In this document: positions 49,408 to 58,948 of the stretch, piece after piece | Position numbering within the stretch: position 1 is the first letter of the stretch | Layout of the letters: each line of letters opens with the position of its first letter | NCBI GenBank assembly: GCA_046329575.1 | Contig: JAXLUJ010000017.1 | Location: 4,891 to 68,890, forward strand | Direction: 5' to 3' | Source of the DNA: Chitinophagales bacterium | GTDB taxonomy: Bacteria > Bacteroidota > Bacteroidia > Chitinophagales > LD1 | Length of the DNA stretch: 64,000 nt | The notes under the pieces: model-generated | Database searches by the model: none | Seen by the model: the letters and a program-made list of their open reading frames with translations, nothing else | Told to the model about the DNA's origin: nothing | Made by a program: the position numbers and the translations under genes

Positions 49408-49532
49408 ACGAAAAAAATGAAATTCGCGAAACGGCACACCAAACGCTATTCACTTCGTGGGCAAACATAATTTTCAAATCAGGGCATCTTCTTATATTCG
49501 CGCCGATTTTTCTAACCTCAAAAGAATGTAGT

Positions 49533-50690
49533 ATGAATTTTACGCCGAACGAAAATCAGCAGATGATCGCACAGATCTGTCGCGATTTTGCTGAAAAAGA
49601 AATCCGTCCGAACGTGATGAACTGGGATGAATCTCAGTATTTTCCAAAGGAACTGTTTCACAAAATGGGGGAACTGGGCCTGATGGGCGTGTACATTCCG
49701 CAGGAATACGGCGGCTCTGGATTCGGTTATTTTGAGTACGTGACTGGTATTGTGGAAATTACCAAAGTTTGCAGCAGCATTGGCCTTTCCATGGCAGCTC
49801 ATAATTCACTTTGCACTGGTCATATCTATTATCACGGAACAAAAGAACAAAAGGAAAAATACCTTCCACTATTGGCCAGTGGCAAATGGGTTGGCGCTTG
49901 GGGACTTACCGAACCAAACACCGGCAGCGATGCCATGCGTATGAAATGTACGGCTAAGAAAGTAGATGGTGGCTGGATACTTAATGGTACCAAGTGCTGG
50001 ATTACCCACGGTATTTCCAGCGATGTAGTGGTAGCCATCATTCGCACCGGCGAACTATTGGATACCAAGGGAATGACCGCATTTATAATTGAACGCGGCA
50101 CTCCGGGTTTGAAAGCGGGCAAAAAAGAGAATAAACTGGGCATGCGCGCTTCTGAAACTGCTGAAGTGATTTTTGAAGATTGTTTCGTTCCAGATGCGAA
50201 TGTGGTAGGTGGTGAGAAAGCCATCGGTCAGGGTTTTCAGCAAGCCATGCAAATTTTAGATGGTGGCCGTATTTCTATAGCGGCTTTGGGGCTTGGCATA
50301 GCCATTGGCTCTTACGAAGCTTCAGTGAAATATGCCAAAGAACGGCAGCAGTTCGGGCAGCCAATCGCTAACTTTCAGGCTATTGGATTTAAACTGGCCG
50401 ATATGGCTACTAAAATTGAAGCAGGTGAATTGCTAACTATGCAAGCCGCTTATTTAAAGAATGAAAAGAAAAAAGTGACCCGCGAGTCGGCCATCGCAAA
50501 ATATTATACCTCTGAAATTGCTGTAGAAATTTCTACCGATGCAATTCAAATCCACGGCGGCTATGGCTATACCAAAGATTTTCCTGTTGAAAAATTCTTC
50601 CGCGATAGCAAGTTGTGTACCATTGGCGAAGGTACTTCGGAGATTCAAAAGCTGGTGATCTCCCGCGAAATCATGAAAGGCAACCTGTAA
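49533..50690 (+). CDS. Acyl-CoA dehydrogenase
   Basis: [43 protein letters not shown]. Confidence 0.95.
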   Translation: MNFTPNENQQMIAQICRDFAEKEIRPNVMNWDESQYFPKELFHKMGELGLMGVYIPQEYGGSGFGYFEYVTGIVEITKVCSSIGLSMAAHNSLCTGHIYYHGTKEQKEKYLPLLASGKWVGAWGLTEPNTGSDAMRMKCTAKKVDGGWILNGTKCWITHGISSDVVVAIIRTGELLDTKGMTAFIIERGTPGLKAGKKENKLGMRASETAEVIFEDCFVPDANVVGGEKAIGQGFQQAMQILDGGRISIAALGLGIAIGSYEASVKYAKERQQFGQPIANFQAIGFKLADMATKIEAGELLTMQAAYLKNEKKKVTRESAIAKYYTSEIAVEISTDAIQIHGGYGYTKDFPVEKFFRDSKLCTIGEGTSEIQKLVISREIMKGNL

Positions 50691-50713
50691 GTTTCTAACT
50701 ATTCACCCTAATT

Positions 50714-51064
50714 ATGGCGCAACACAACGACGTAGGTCGGCTGGGTGAGGAATTGGCTCGCGCCTTCCTCATTGGCAAAGGACATCAACTGCTGCATTCC
50801 AATTTCAGGATGGGCCATGCCGAAGTAGATTTGATCACCATTCACAACAATCGCCTGGTTTTTACCGAGGTAAAAACCCGCGAAGCAAAAAGTTATTACT
50901 ATCCCGAAGAATCGGTTGATGCACACAAGGAGAAGATGCTGATCGATACCATGGAACTGTTCCTGGAAGATAATGGCATTGATCTGGAGCCACGGTTCGA
51001 TATTATAGCGGTGCGAATAAACGGCCCCGATCATGAAATCTATCATTTTGAAGATGCTTTTTAG
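50714..51064 (+). CDS. YraN family (UPF0102) nuclease-like protein
   Basis: [25 protein letters not shown]. Confidence 0.9.
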   Translation: MAQHNDVGRLGEELARAFLIGKGHQLLHSNFRMGHAEVDLITIHNNRLVFTEVKTREAKSYYYPEESVDAHKEKMLIDTMELFLEDNGIDLEPRFDIIAVRINGPDHEIYHFEDAF

Positions 51065-51120
51065 CAGTTCGCCAATCGGTTTTTAGCACCTGTTATTTTT
51101 TTTGCAAATTGCGCCGCAAT

Positions 51121-52362
51121 ATGATTGAACTGAAAATTCCCGCAGTAGCAGAATCCATCACCGAAGTAACTCTTTCCCGCTTTTTGGTGAAAGATGGTGA
51201 TTATGTTGAAATTGATCAGCCGATATGTGAAGTGGAAACCGACAAAGCTTCTCAGGAACTTCCTGCTCCTGCAGCCGGTGTTATCAAACTGATAGCAAAA
51301 GAAGGCGAAGATTTGAAAGTGGGCGCTGTGGTGGCCAACATCGACGAAAAAGCGGCCGCACCTGCCAAAAAAGATACGCCTAAGGAAGTAGAAAAAGCTC
51401 CTGAGAAGAAGGCCCCGGCTAAAGAAGAAAAACCGGCTGCTAAGGAAACGGTTAAAAGCGCCTCAACTTCTTATGCCGCCAGCCATGCCGCACCCGCCGC
51501 TCAGAAAATTTTAAATGAGGGCAATGTGGCCAACAAAGAAGTAAAAGGCAGTGGCATCGGAGGCCGAATTACGAAAGAAGACGCCATCAATGCCGTTCGC
51601 AGCCGCGCCGGCAAAGGGGAGAAGAAGGCCTTCAGCCGCGAAGAGCGCTCTGAAAAAATGAGCCGCCTGCGCAAAACGATTTCTGACCGTTTGGTGTATT
51701 CCAAAAATTCAACTGCCATGCTCACTACTTTCAATGAAGTAGATATGAGCGCCGTGAACCGTATCCGCGAGAAATATGGCGATGCCTTTAAAAAGAAATA
51801 TGAGGTGAACTTGGGAATGATGAGCTTCTTTACCAAAGCAGTTTGTCTGGCACTTGAAAATTTCCCTGCCGTGAATGCCTATATTGAGGACGGAAATATT
51901 GTTTACCATGATTACTGCGATATCTCTATTGCGGTTTCTACGCCAAAGGGTCTGGTGGTACCGGTGATTCGCAACGCCGAATCGCTTTCACTTTTTGAAA
52001 TTGAAAAGACCGTAAAAGGTCTGGCTATCAAAGGTCGCGATGGCCAGTTAACGATGGAGGATATGACTGGCGGCACATTTACTATATCGAATGGCGGCGT
52101 TTTCGGTTCACTGATGAGCACGCCAATTATTAATCCGCCTCAATCTGCCATTCTCGGAATGCACAAAGTGCAAGACCGCCCGATGGTTATTGATGGTAAA
52201 ATTGAGATCCGCCCGATGATGTATGTGGCGCTTAGCTACGATCACCGCATTATTGATGGCAAAGAATCGGTAAGCTTTTTGGTGGCGGTAAAGGATTTCC
52301 TCGAAAATCCACACAAAATGTTACTAGGCGCCGATCCTGTTGATCTGCTTCTGGAATTATAA
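51121..52362 (+). CDS. sucB: 2-oxoglutarate dehydrogenase E2 (dihydrolipoyl succinyltransferase)
   Basis: Lipoyl [41 protein letters not shown]. Confidence 0.95.
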   Translation: MIELKIPAVAESITEVTLSRFLVKDGDYVEIDQPICEVETDKASQELPAPAAGVIKLIAKEGEDLKVGAVVANIDEKAAAPAKKDTPKEVEKAPEKKAPAKEEKPAAKETVKSASTSYAASHAAPAAQKILNEGNVANKEVKGSGIGGRITKEDAINAVRSRAGKGEKKAFSREERSEKMSRLRKTISDRLVYSKNSTAMLTTFNEVDMSAVNRIREKYGDAFKKKYEVNLGMMSFFTKAVCLALENFPAVNAYIEDGNIVYHDYCDISIAVSTPKGLVVPVIRNAESLSLFEIEKTVKGLAIKGRDGQLTMEDMTGGTFTISNGGVFGSLMSTPIINPPQSAILGMHKVQDRPMVIDGKIEIRPMMYVALSYDHRIIDGKESVSFLVAVKDFLENPHKMLLGADPVDLLLEL

Positions 52363-52363
52363 C

Positions 52364-53536
52364 TTAATTCCTGCGCATTAATTCGTCACTGATTAGATTC
52401 AATTCGCGGCCGGTTTGGCCGGCAACTGAAGTATTTTCCTGTGCTCTCCGAATCAGGTAGGGAATCACATCTTTTACAGGACCATACGGCAAATATTTAC
52501 AGGCATTGAAACCCAAAGCCGATAAATTGAAGGTGATGTTATCGCCCATACCATACAATTGCGCAAACTTGATATGAGGGTGCGATACGGGAATTCCTTT
52601 TTGCTGAATGGTAGTAATTGCCAACAAATTCGAAGGTTCGCTTTGCGAAGCAATGCAAACCGAAATCCGGTCAAGGTGTTCTAAACATAATTGCAATGCC
52701 TCATTGAAATCAGCATCCACCGCTTCTTTGTTTTCATGAATAGGAGAAGGATATCCTTTTTCAGCAGCGCGTTCCCGCTCTTTTTCCATATATGCGCCAC
52801 GTACAATTTTAGCGCCCAGATAAAAATTCCCCTGTTGTGCCTTTTCAAAACAGGTTTTCAGGTAAGGCAAACGGTCATGGCGATACAACTGGAACGTATT
52901 GAAAACAATAGGACGTTGCTTATTGAATATAGGCATGGCCTCATCAACCAAAGCATCCAGCGGATCTTGTATCCAGCTTTCCTCGGCATCAACATATAGC
53001 TCTACCTGCTCCTTCTCCGCGCTCTTGCACAAACGATGAAAACGCTCCCGCACCTGCTGAAATTCCTGCTGTTCGGCATCGTTAAGCGCTTCACCCGATT
53101 GGATTTTTTCAAACAAACCAAACCGCCCAAAACCGGTGAGTTTGATGCATAGTACTTTTACGTTTTTGTTCTTTCCTGCAAACGCAATGGCCTCCAGATT
53201 TTTTTCAATGGTCTTCTCAAAATCGGCCTCAGTTTCCTTTAACTCCACTCCGTAGTTGAGCATGGTAGAAACGCCTTTATCAGCCAGTTTGGCAATGGTT
53301 TGTTTACATTCCTCAAACGTTTCACCACCACAAAAATGATCGTAAACCGTGTATCGGAAAAGTGGTGAAACAGGGAGATGCAGTCTTAACGCCAACGTTG
53401 CTAAACCGCTTCCGATATTCACCAGTTGATTGCTGGCAATCAACTGGAAAAGCAATTTCGCCTTTTTTAATTCGCCGGTAGTTTTTGATGCAAAGGCTAC
53501 CTGAGTGTTGTCAAAAATATTTTGTGAAATATTCAT
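52364..53536 (-). CDS. Monofunctional proline dehydrogenase
   Basis: HFCGGE, VDAEES, KIVRGAY, AQLYGM, KYLPYG, YLIRRAQEN. Confidence 0.93.
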   Translation of the reverse strand: MNISQNIFDNTQVAFASKTTGELKKAKLLFQLIASNQLVNIGSGLATLALRLHLPVSPLFRYTVYDHFCGGETFEECKQTIAKLADKGVSTMLNYGVELKETEADFEKTIEKNLEAIAFAGKNKNVKVLCIKLTGFGRFGLFEKIQSGEALNDAEQQEFQQVRERFHRLCKSAEKEQVELYVDAEESWIQDPLDALVDEAMPIFNKQRPIVFNTFQLYRHDRLPYLKTCFEKAQQGNFYLGAKIVRGAYMEKERERAAEKGYPSPIHENKEAVDADFNEALQLCLEHLDRISVCIASQSEPSNLLAITTIQQKGIPVSHPHIKFAQLYGMGDNITFNLSALGFNACKYLPYGPVKDVIPYLIRRAQENTSVAGQTGRELNLISDELMRRN

Positions 53537-53618
53537 AGCGCAAAGATTAGAAGAATCCTTTTTACGGCAAGATTTATATTTTGCAAGGCTGAAAAATTTT
53601 GAACCCTAAACAATTTAT

Positions 53619-54944
53619 ATGCTATCGGAATTTGTTTTTCTACTTGTTGGAATCGGAATTGGCGCCGCCATGGTGTGGCTGTACTTCCGCTCGCGCCTGC
53701 AGGTGCCTGAAATGCTGCTGGCTGAAAAGAACACCCAAATAGACCGCGAAACAGCGCAATTTCGCTCAGAACTGACCAACCTGAAAACCGAATTGCTTAC
53801 GGAACGCAGCAAAAGCGAAAAATTGTTGGCCGACTTAGTAGCTTCAAAAAATGAGAACACTAATTTAGTACAACGTTTGGCCGAACAACGCTCGCAACTG
53901 GAAGAATTACAACAGCGCTTTACCAAAGAGTTTGAAAATCTGGCCAATCGCATTCTTGATGAAAAGAGTAAAAAGTTCACCGAACAGAATGAACTGCAAT
54001 TGCGGGGTATTCTCGACCCGTTAAAAGACCGTATCCGCGATTTTGAGAAACGCGTGAACGAAACGCATAATGAAAGCGAAAAAGAACGCAGTGCGCTGAA
54101 AGAACAATTACGCACCCTCAGCGACCTTAATCGCAGAATGAGCGAGGAAGCCCTGAACCTGACCCGCGCCTTGAAAGGCGATTCTAAAAAGCAAGGCAAC
54201 TGGGGCGAATTGATTCTTGAAAAGGTTTTGGAAAAATCAGGATTGGTGAAAGGGCGCGAGTATGAAGTGCAGCAAAGTTTTATTTCGGAAGAAGGCGCCC
54301 GTCAGCAGCCGGATGTGATTCTTCGTTTGCCCGATAATAAAGCCTTGATCATCGATTCTAAAGTGAGCCTAGTCGGCTACGAGCGCTATTCCTCTTGCGA
54401 TGAAAACGATGAAGTGCAACGTCAGCAATTTCTTAAAGAACACATTCAGTCGCTTCGGGCGCATATCAAAGGATTGAGTGCCAAAAATTATCACCAACTC
54501 TATAATATCGGCTCGCCAGATTTTGTGTTATTGTTCATTCCTATCGAACCAGCTTTCTCTCTGGCTATGCAACACGATCAGGAAATTTACAATGATGCTT
54601 TCGATAAAAATGTGGTGCTGGTGAGCCCAACAACATTGTTGGCTACTCTGAGAACCATCGCCAATGTTTGGAAACAGGAATATCAAAATCAGAATTCCTT
54701 TGAAATTGCAAGACAAGGTGCGGATATGTACGACAAGTTCGTAGCTTTTACCGACGATCTGATCAAAGTGGGAAAATTGATGGACGATAGCAAAAAAGCG
54801 TACGGTGAGGCTATGAATAAACTGGTAGATGGAAAGGGAAATCTGATTCGCCGTGCTGAAGCCATGAAAAAATTAGGATTAAAAGCCACCAAAAACCTGC
54901 CTCAGGCGTTGGTAGACCGAAGTTCCGATGCCGCCGAACCTTGA
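53619..54944 (+). CDS. rmuC: DNA recombination protein RmuC
   Basis: N-terminal TM, coiled coil, QGNWGE, QPDV...IIDSK, FIPIE, SPTTLLA. Confidence 0.93.
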   Translation: MLSEFVFLLVGIGIGAAMVWLYFRSRLQVPEMLLAEKNTQIDRETAQFRSELTNLKTELLTERSKSEKLLADLVASKNENTNLVQRLAEQRSQLEELQQRFTKEFENLANRILDEKSKKFTEQNELQLRGILDPLKDRIRDFEKRVNETHNESEKERSALKEQLRTLSDLNRRMSEEALNLTRALKGDSKKQGNWGELILEKVLEKSGLVKGREYEVQQSFISEEGARQQPDVILRLPDNKALIIDSKVSLVGYERYSSCDENDEVQRQQFLKEHIQSLRAHIKGLSAKNYHQLYNIGSPDFVLLFIPIEPAFSLAMQHDQEIYNDAFDKNVVLVSPTTLLATLRTIANVWKQEYQNQNSFEIARQGADMYDKFVAFTDDLIKVGKLMDDSKKAYGEAMNKLVDGKGNLIRRAEAMKKLGLKATKNLPQALVDRSSDAAEP

Positions 54945-55008
54945 TGCTTTACTTCGGAATCCCTGATCACTTACCTTCACCACCAGGCCAAAAAAAATTG
55001 AATTATAA

Positions 55009-55554
55009 GTGCTTTCTTTCTTTACATATATCGTTGTAGCGCTCATCGGGGTTATGATGGGCACTATTTATAAACGTTCGTTTACCAACATCGCGTTACT
55101 ACAGTTCAACCCCGCAACAATTCAGCGTATTTTCCTAACGATGGCGGTGATTGGTGTGCTGATTTGCGGTTTTCTGAGCTATAAGGCAGTTCTTGCCTTT
55201 AATGAAAAAACGTTGGCCGAAGACAAGATGAACATCTATAACGATTATGAAAGCATGTTGATCTACTTTCTTAACCTTGGCTTTATTGTATTGATTTTTG
55301 TGGCCAACCTGCATTCCTTTTCTTCCAAAAAAATACAGTACGCCTCTTACCTCATCACGTTTGGGATTTATGCCGCCTTCGCCGTAATCGATAATTTCTT
55401 TCTTGAAGATGTTTTCTTCCAATTCAAGAAGTTCAACCAACTCTGGCGCGGCGAATTTTCGTTTGCCAATATTGCCGGCTATTTTAGCCTGTTTCTCTCA
55501 GCCGTACTTACCGCCTTCAATGCCTACATGGTGCAATGGGGCTTGAAAAAGTAG
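55009..55554 (+). CDS. Hypothetical membrane protein
   Basis: 181-aa ORF with about 5 hydrophobic segments. Confidence 0.7.
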   Translation: MLSFFTYIVVALIGVMMGTIYKRSFTNIALLQFNPATIQRIFLTMAVIGVLICGFLSYKAVLAFNEKTLAEDKMNIYNDYESMLIYFLNLGFIVLIFVANLHSFSSKKIQYASYLITFGIYAAFAVIDNFFLEDVFFQFKKFNQLWRGEFSFANIAGYFSLFLSAVLTAFNAYMVQWGLKK

Positions 55555-55589
55555 TTTTGACTTCTTCCTGAAAAAGCAGAGAAGTGCTT

Positions 55590-55645
55590 CACCAACCACA
55601 CCCACCACACCCACCACACCCACCACACCCACCACACCTCCCACA
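55590..55645. repeat. 9-bp tandem repeat (CACCCACCA) x about 6
   Basis: Directly visible; abuts the stop codon at 55646. Confidence 0.93.
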
Positions 55646-56872
55646 CTATTTAAACACCACCTTCCGCACATTCTTGAATTCCGGAATCGGGTCTTTTTTA
55701 TCGCGGCGGTCAAACCCCGGCAACAAAATGCTTTCCATGTCCTTTTTTACAAACTGAATCACATTGCTCAGGCTATCAGAGGTAAATCGGCTAAACGGTT
55801 CATGCAGTTTTTCGCCATTCCGTTTGTTGAAGAAAAGTATAGAATCAGGCACAATCTCGAAGGTATAATAAGCATTCAAAGGCTTTCCGGTTTCGGCAGT
55901 TTCAGGAACATCCAATGGCATCGCTTTGATATCGGTGGTGCAACCTAAAGTGTCCTGATTGGGAACCAGCCAAGGCTCCAGTTTCGGACCAATATGGATG
56001 TAGCGCTTAAAAACATATCGGTAATCGGTAAAGTCCATTTCGCTGTTCCACCAAATGTCTTCATTTCGCTCAGTTTCCGGTTTTTTTAACTGCACAAAGC
56101 GGTCAACCTGATCATAGGCCATCGCGGCTTGTGGCTTGGTAGGCAAGGGTTCCAGCGCCGCTAATGCCTTTTGAATTTCTTCAGTGGCAATTATCCGATA
56201 AGGCTTTTCATCCAAATCTTTCAAGATGCGCAGCGCAATCCTCTTGCCAATAACCGTTCCCAAAAAATTAGAGTAAGTATCCTCTGGCGTAAATGCCGAA
56301 ACGCGCTCTGTAGTTACAAAATTCGGCGCCGTATAGTACCAACTTGCAGTCTCGTGCCACTCTAATCGTTCAAATGCAATTTTTTGCGCCATGGAGGTAA
56401 GGTCGTTTAACGACAACTCCTTCAAATTCCTGAAGCGCAGATGTAGCGCACCGCTTTCGGGTTTCAAATCAAAATCACGTTCAAAGGCTACGATTTTGAA
56501 GGCCAGATAAACCGTCCAATCGGCTGCTGCGCGCATATGCGAAACATCAATAAAACCTCCCCGGCAGGTATAAAGTGCCCCATTATGTTCTTTGTACGAC
56601 GGACGGCCATAACTGTGCACGCCTAAATGTTGAGGATCGGCAAAACTGGTAATAGGCATAAGCGGAAACGACAATAAGTACAATCCGTATCCGAATTGCG
56701 AAAAAGTGCGCCTCTTTTTCTTTTCAGGATAGCCGAATTGCCGGATAAAGTTCCGGGCAATATGGTTCACTGCCTTGGTGCGGTTTTGCGCATTCCAGGT
56801 GTTGGAGAAGGAGGGAAGCGACACAATAACAAGTAAAGCCACAATCCATAAACGACGCACCACTAACCACAT
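55646..56872 (-). CDS. DUF4056-like exported protein
   Basis: LGVHSY, LYTCRGGFIDVSHMR, WHE, SAFTPEDTYSNFLG; start uncertain (56872 or 56914). Confidence 0.7.
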   Translation of the reverse strand: MWLVVRRLWIVALLVIVSLPSFSNTWNAQNRTKAVNHIARNFIRQFGYPEKKKRRTFSQFGYGLYLLSFPLMPITSFADPQHLGVHSYGRPSYKEHNGALYTCRGGFIDVSHMRAAADWTVYLAFKIVAFERDFDLKPESGALHLRFRNLKELSLNDLTSMAQKIAFERLEWHETASWYYTAPNFVTTERVSAFTPEDTYSNFLGTVIGKRIALRILKDLDEKPYRIIATEEIQKALAALEPLPTKPQAAMAYDQVDRFVQLKKPETERNEDIWWNSEMDFTDYRYVFKRYIHIGPKLEPWLVPNQDTLGCTTDIKAMPLDVPETAETGKPLNAYYTFEIVPDSILFFNKRNGEKLHEPFSRFTSDSLSNVIQFVKKDMESILLPGFDRRDKKDPIPEFKNVRKVVFK

Positions 56873-56961
56873 AGATGAGTTTTCGGCTTGTTGCAAATGT
56901 TGTGCCTTCGCCATCAGCTCTTTGAGTAGAGCTTAATTCTTGAAATTATGAAATGGATAAT

Positions 56962-57068
56962 GGCGGCTATCCGGCTTTGCAGGGCTTCGCTATCGCTACG
57001 GTGCTGCGTTTCACTCCGCACCCGCGCCTGTGGCGCGGCCCTTCCAATCCGGGCCGCGCGCCTGGCCG
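56962..57068 (-). repeat. Dispersed structured repeat, copy 6
   Basis: Minus strand GGATTGGAAGGG-CCGCGCC-ACA-GGCGCGG-GTGCGGAGTGAAACGCAGCACCGTAGCGATAGCGAAGCC...AGCCGCC. Confidence 0.88.
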
Positions 57069-57312
57069 TTTTCTTATTTTCTTAACTCAGGAAATTATTA
57101 AAAGGATAATTATAAACCAAGTGCGATATTTTGCGGAAAACGCATTTTTATTTGTTTATAAACGTAATAGCAATAAGGGTTTCGGTATACATATAAAGCC
57201 TATTAAATATATAAACAGGAAATATGTTTTTCGAAGGCGTTATTAATTTGACAATTGATGATGTGCAAGTTATATTCGAACAACAAATGTTCACCATTCT
57301 AAATGGAATACC

Positions 57313-57406
57313 AAAAAAAAGGCCCTGTGCGCTAACACAGGGCCGGAGCTGCAGGGCCTGGCGGGCCAACTGCAAGCCCTTATCTGAACATTTTAAAACC
57401 AAACTA
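57313..57406 (-). ncRNA. Candidate stand-alone small RNA (about 95 nt)
   Basis: -7 box TATCTTCG (57412-57419), internal stem GGGCTTGCAG/CTGCAGCTCC, terminator GGCCCTGTG-TTAGCG-CACAGGGCC-T8; no convincing ORF. Confidence 0.5.
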
Positions 57407-57541
57407 CGCCGCGAAGATACAAAATGATGTGATGATTAGTAAAAGTACTAATTCTCACAGGTAATGGCAGAAACCAAATCCGTGCCAAAACGCGTTTGCC
57501 GAAAAGCGGATAGAGTAGGCGTTAGTTAATCAGTTTATTTT

Positions 57542-58006
57542 ATGAAAAAGATAGTGTTCTTAAGTAGTTGCATTTTATTTTGTTCAGTTGCTTTTTGTTC
57601 CTCCAAAGTATTGCTGCCTTTTAAGCCCGATCCAAAGGTTTTGGAAGAGCTACTTGCCCCCAAACGATCAAACAAATGTACGGTTACCTATCATGGCGAT
57701 TCCAATTCTGAGATGTGCCAGCGGGGCGGAAGTTCCTGTACGGTAACCATTATCATCGACTGTAATCACACGCCATGGATCCAAAACATGCCGAAGGACG
57801 TGCCCGTGTTCAAAGATCTTAACGAAAATGCCGCATTGGGCTTTATAGATGCCAAAGAAAATCCATCGGGCAAAACGCGGCATGTAGATGCCTTCAAGGC
57901 AATAGATAGTGAAAAACTGCTTTTGATTTTTCCCGAGCAGGAAGCGCCGCTTTCAGAAGAAGAAATGGCCTATGTGCTTTACTACTATGTTGTAAAAATC
58001 GATTAA
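57542..58006 (+). CDS. Hypothetical exported protein with 4-Cys segment
   Basis: MKK signal peptide; CTVTY...MCQRGGSSCTVTIIIDC. Confidence 0.65.
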   Translation: MKKIVFLSSCILFCSVAFCSSKVLLPFKPDPKVLEELLAPKRSNKCTVTYHGDSNSEMCQRGGSSCTVTIIIDCNHTPWIQNMPKDVPVFKDLNENAALGFIDAKENPSGKTRHVDAFKAIDSEKLLLIFPEQEAPLSEEEMAYVLYYYVVKID

Positions 58007-58012
58007 AAAAGA

Positions 58013-58639
58013 ATGGCAGCACCTCAGGTGCTGCCTTTTTCTATGAAACGAAATTTACTTTGTCTGTTTTTGCTGGTGATGGCTGGGAGTAAGGCCCAGC
58101 CAATGGCTACTTCCGCGCAGTGGAATTCCGTTATACGCCATACCGAAATGTATTGCGATTCATCGCGAATCGCCGTGAAAGAACATGGCCAATTACCCCA
58201 ATTGCAATTGATAAACCATACTAAACTGCGCAGTAAATTAATGAAACAGCCGCTGAGTTTGGTTTTTGTATGGCATAGCTGGTGTAATCAGGCTATTACA
58301 CAACTGGAACTGCTGCGGCGGTTGTTGGTGGTTAAGAATTGCTCCTTTTTTTGGATAAGCGATGACCTTAACAACAAAAAACAACGCAAAATTGCTGCGG
58401 CGGTTCTACGGCATTGCGGTATTGATAATAACACGTACATCATCAGCGATAAAACGGACAATGGTGATTTTATGAACAGCAAAACCTCATTGCAATTTCG
58501 AAAAGGAATGGCTATGGACAGCGCTTCTTTGGCGGTTTTTCGCTACGAAAAAGTAGTGAAAACTTACAAAATACCCGAGAATGCGACAGATGTTGAGGTG
58601 TTAAGGCAATACCTCGAATCACTTTCCACAACCCCTTGA
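58013..58639 (+). CDS. Hypothetical exported protein, degenerate thioredoxin-like fold
   Basis: Signal-like MKRNLL; LVFVWHSWC resembles the FWxxWC motif with one Cys. Confidence 0.6.
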   Translation: MAAPQVLPFSMKRNLLCLFLLVMAGSKAQPMATSAQWNSVIRHTEMYCDSSRIAVKEHGQLPQLQLINHTKLRSKLMKQPLSLVFVWHSWCNQAITQLELLRRLLVVKNCSFFWISDDLNNKKQRKIAAAVLRHCGIDNNTYIISDKTDNGDFMNSKTSLQFRKGMAMDSASLAVFRYEKVVKTYKIPENATDVEVLRQYLESLSTTP

Positions 58640-58676
58640 TAGCCTAAGGGCGATGCGTGCGCCGGCTTTTATTACT

Positions 58677-58776
58677 AACCGCGGCAAGGATTGGAGTGGT
58701 GCCGCCTTCGGCGGCAGTGCGAAGTGAAACGTAGCACCGTAGCGATAGCGGAGCCACGAAAAGCCTGGTTGCCGCC
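58677..58776 (+). repeat. Dispersed structured repeat, copy 7
   Basis: AACCGCGGCAAGGATTGGAGTGG-TGCCGCC-TTC-GGCGGCA-GTGCGAAGTGAAACGTAGCACCGTAGCGATAGCGGAGCC...GGTTGCCGCC. Confidence 0.9.
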
Positions 58777-58948
58777 ATAAAAGATCTGGTAATCAATACA
58801 AGGGCGCCGCCAGGTGCGTTAAAAAATGAGAACGGCCAGTTTTCTTGTAAAATCGAGTGAAAATTTGTACATTCGCCCCTCCAATTTTGGAAAGTAATGC
58901 CAAATTCCCTTTCGGGTAGGCATTGTAAACAACTCAAATTTTTGCATA

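Noticed and set aside
57070..57312. AT-rich stretch as a possible replication origin, or short ORFs 57148-57427
   Set aside because: No DnaA-box cluster seen; the ORFs overlap the hairpins and lack motifs
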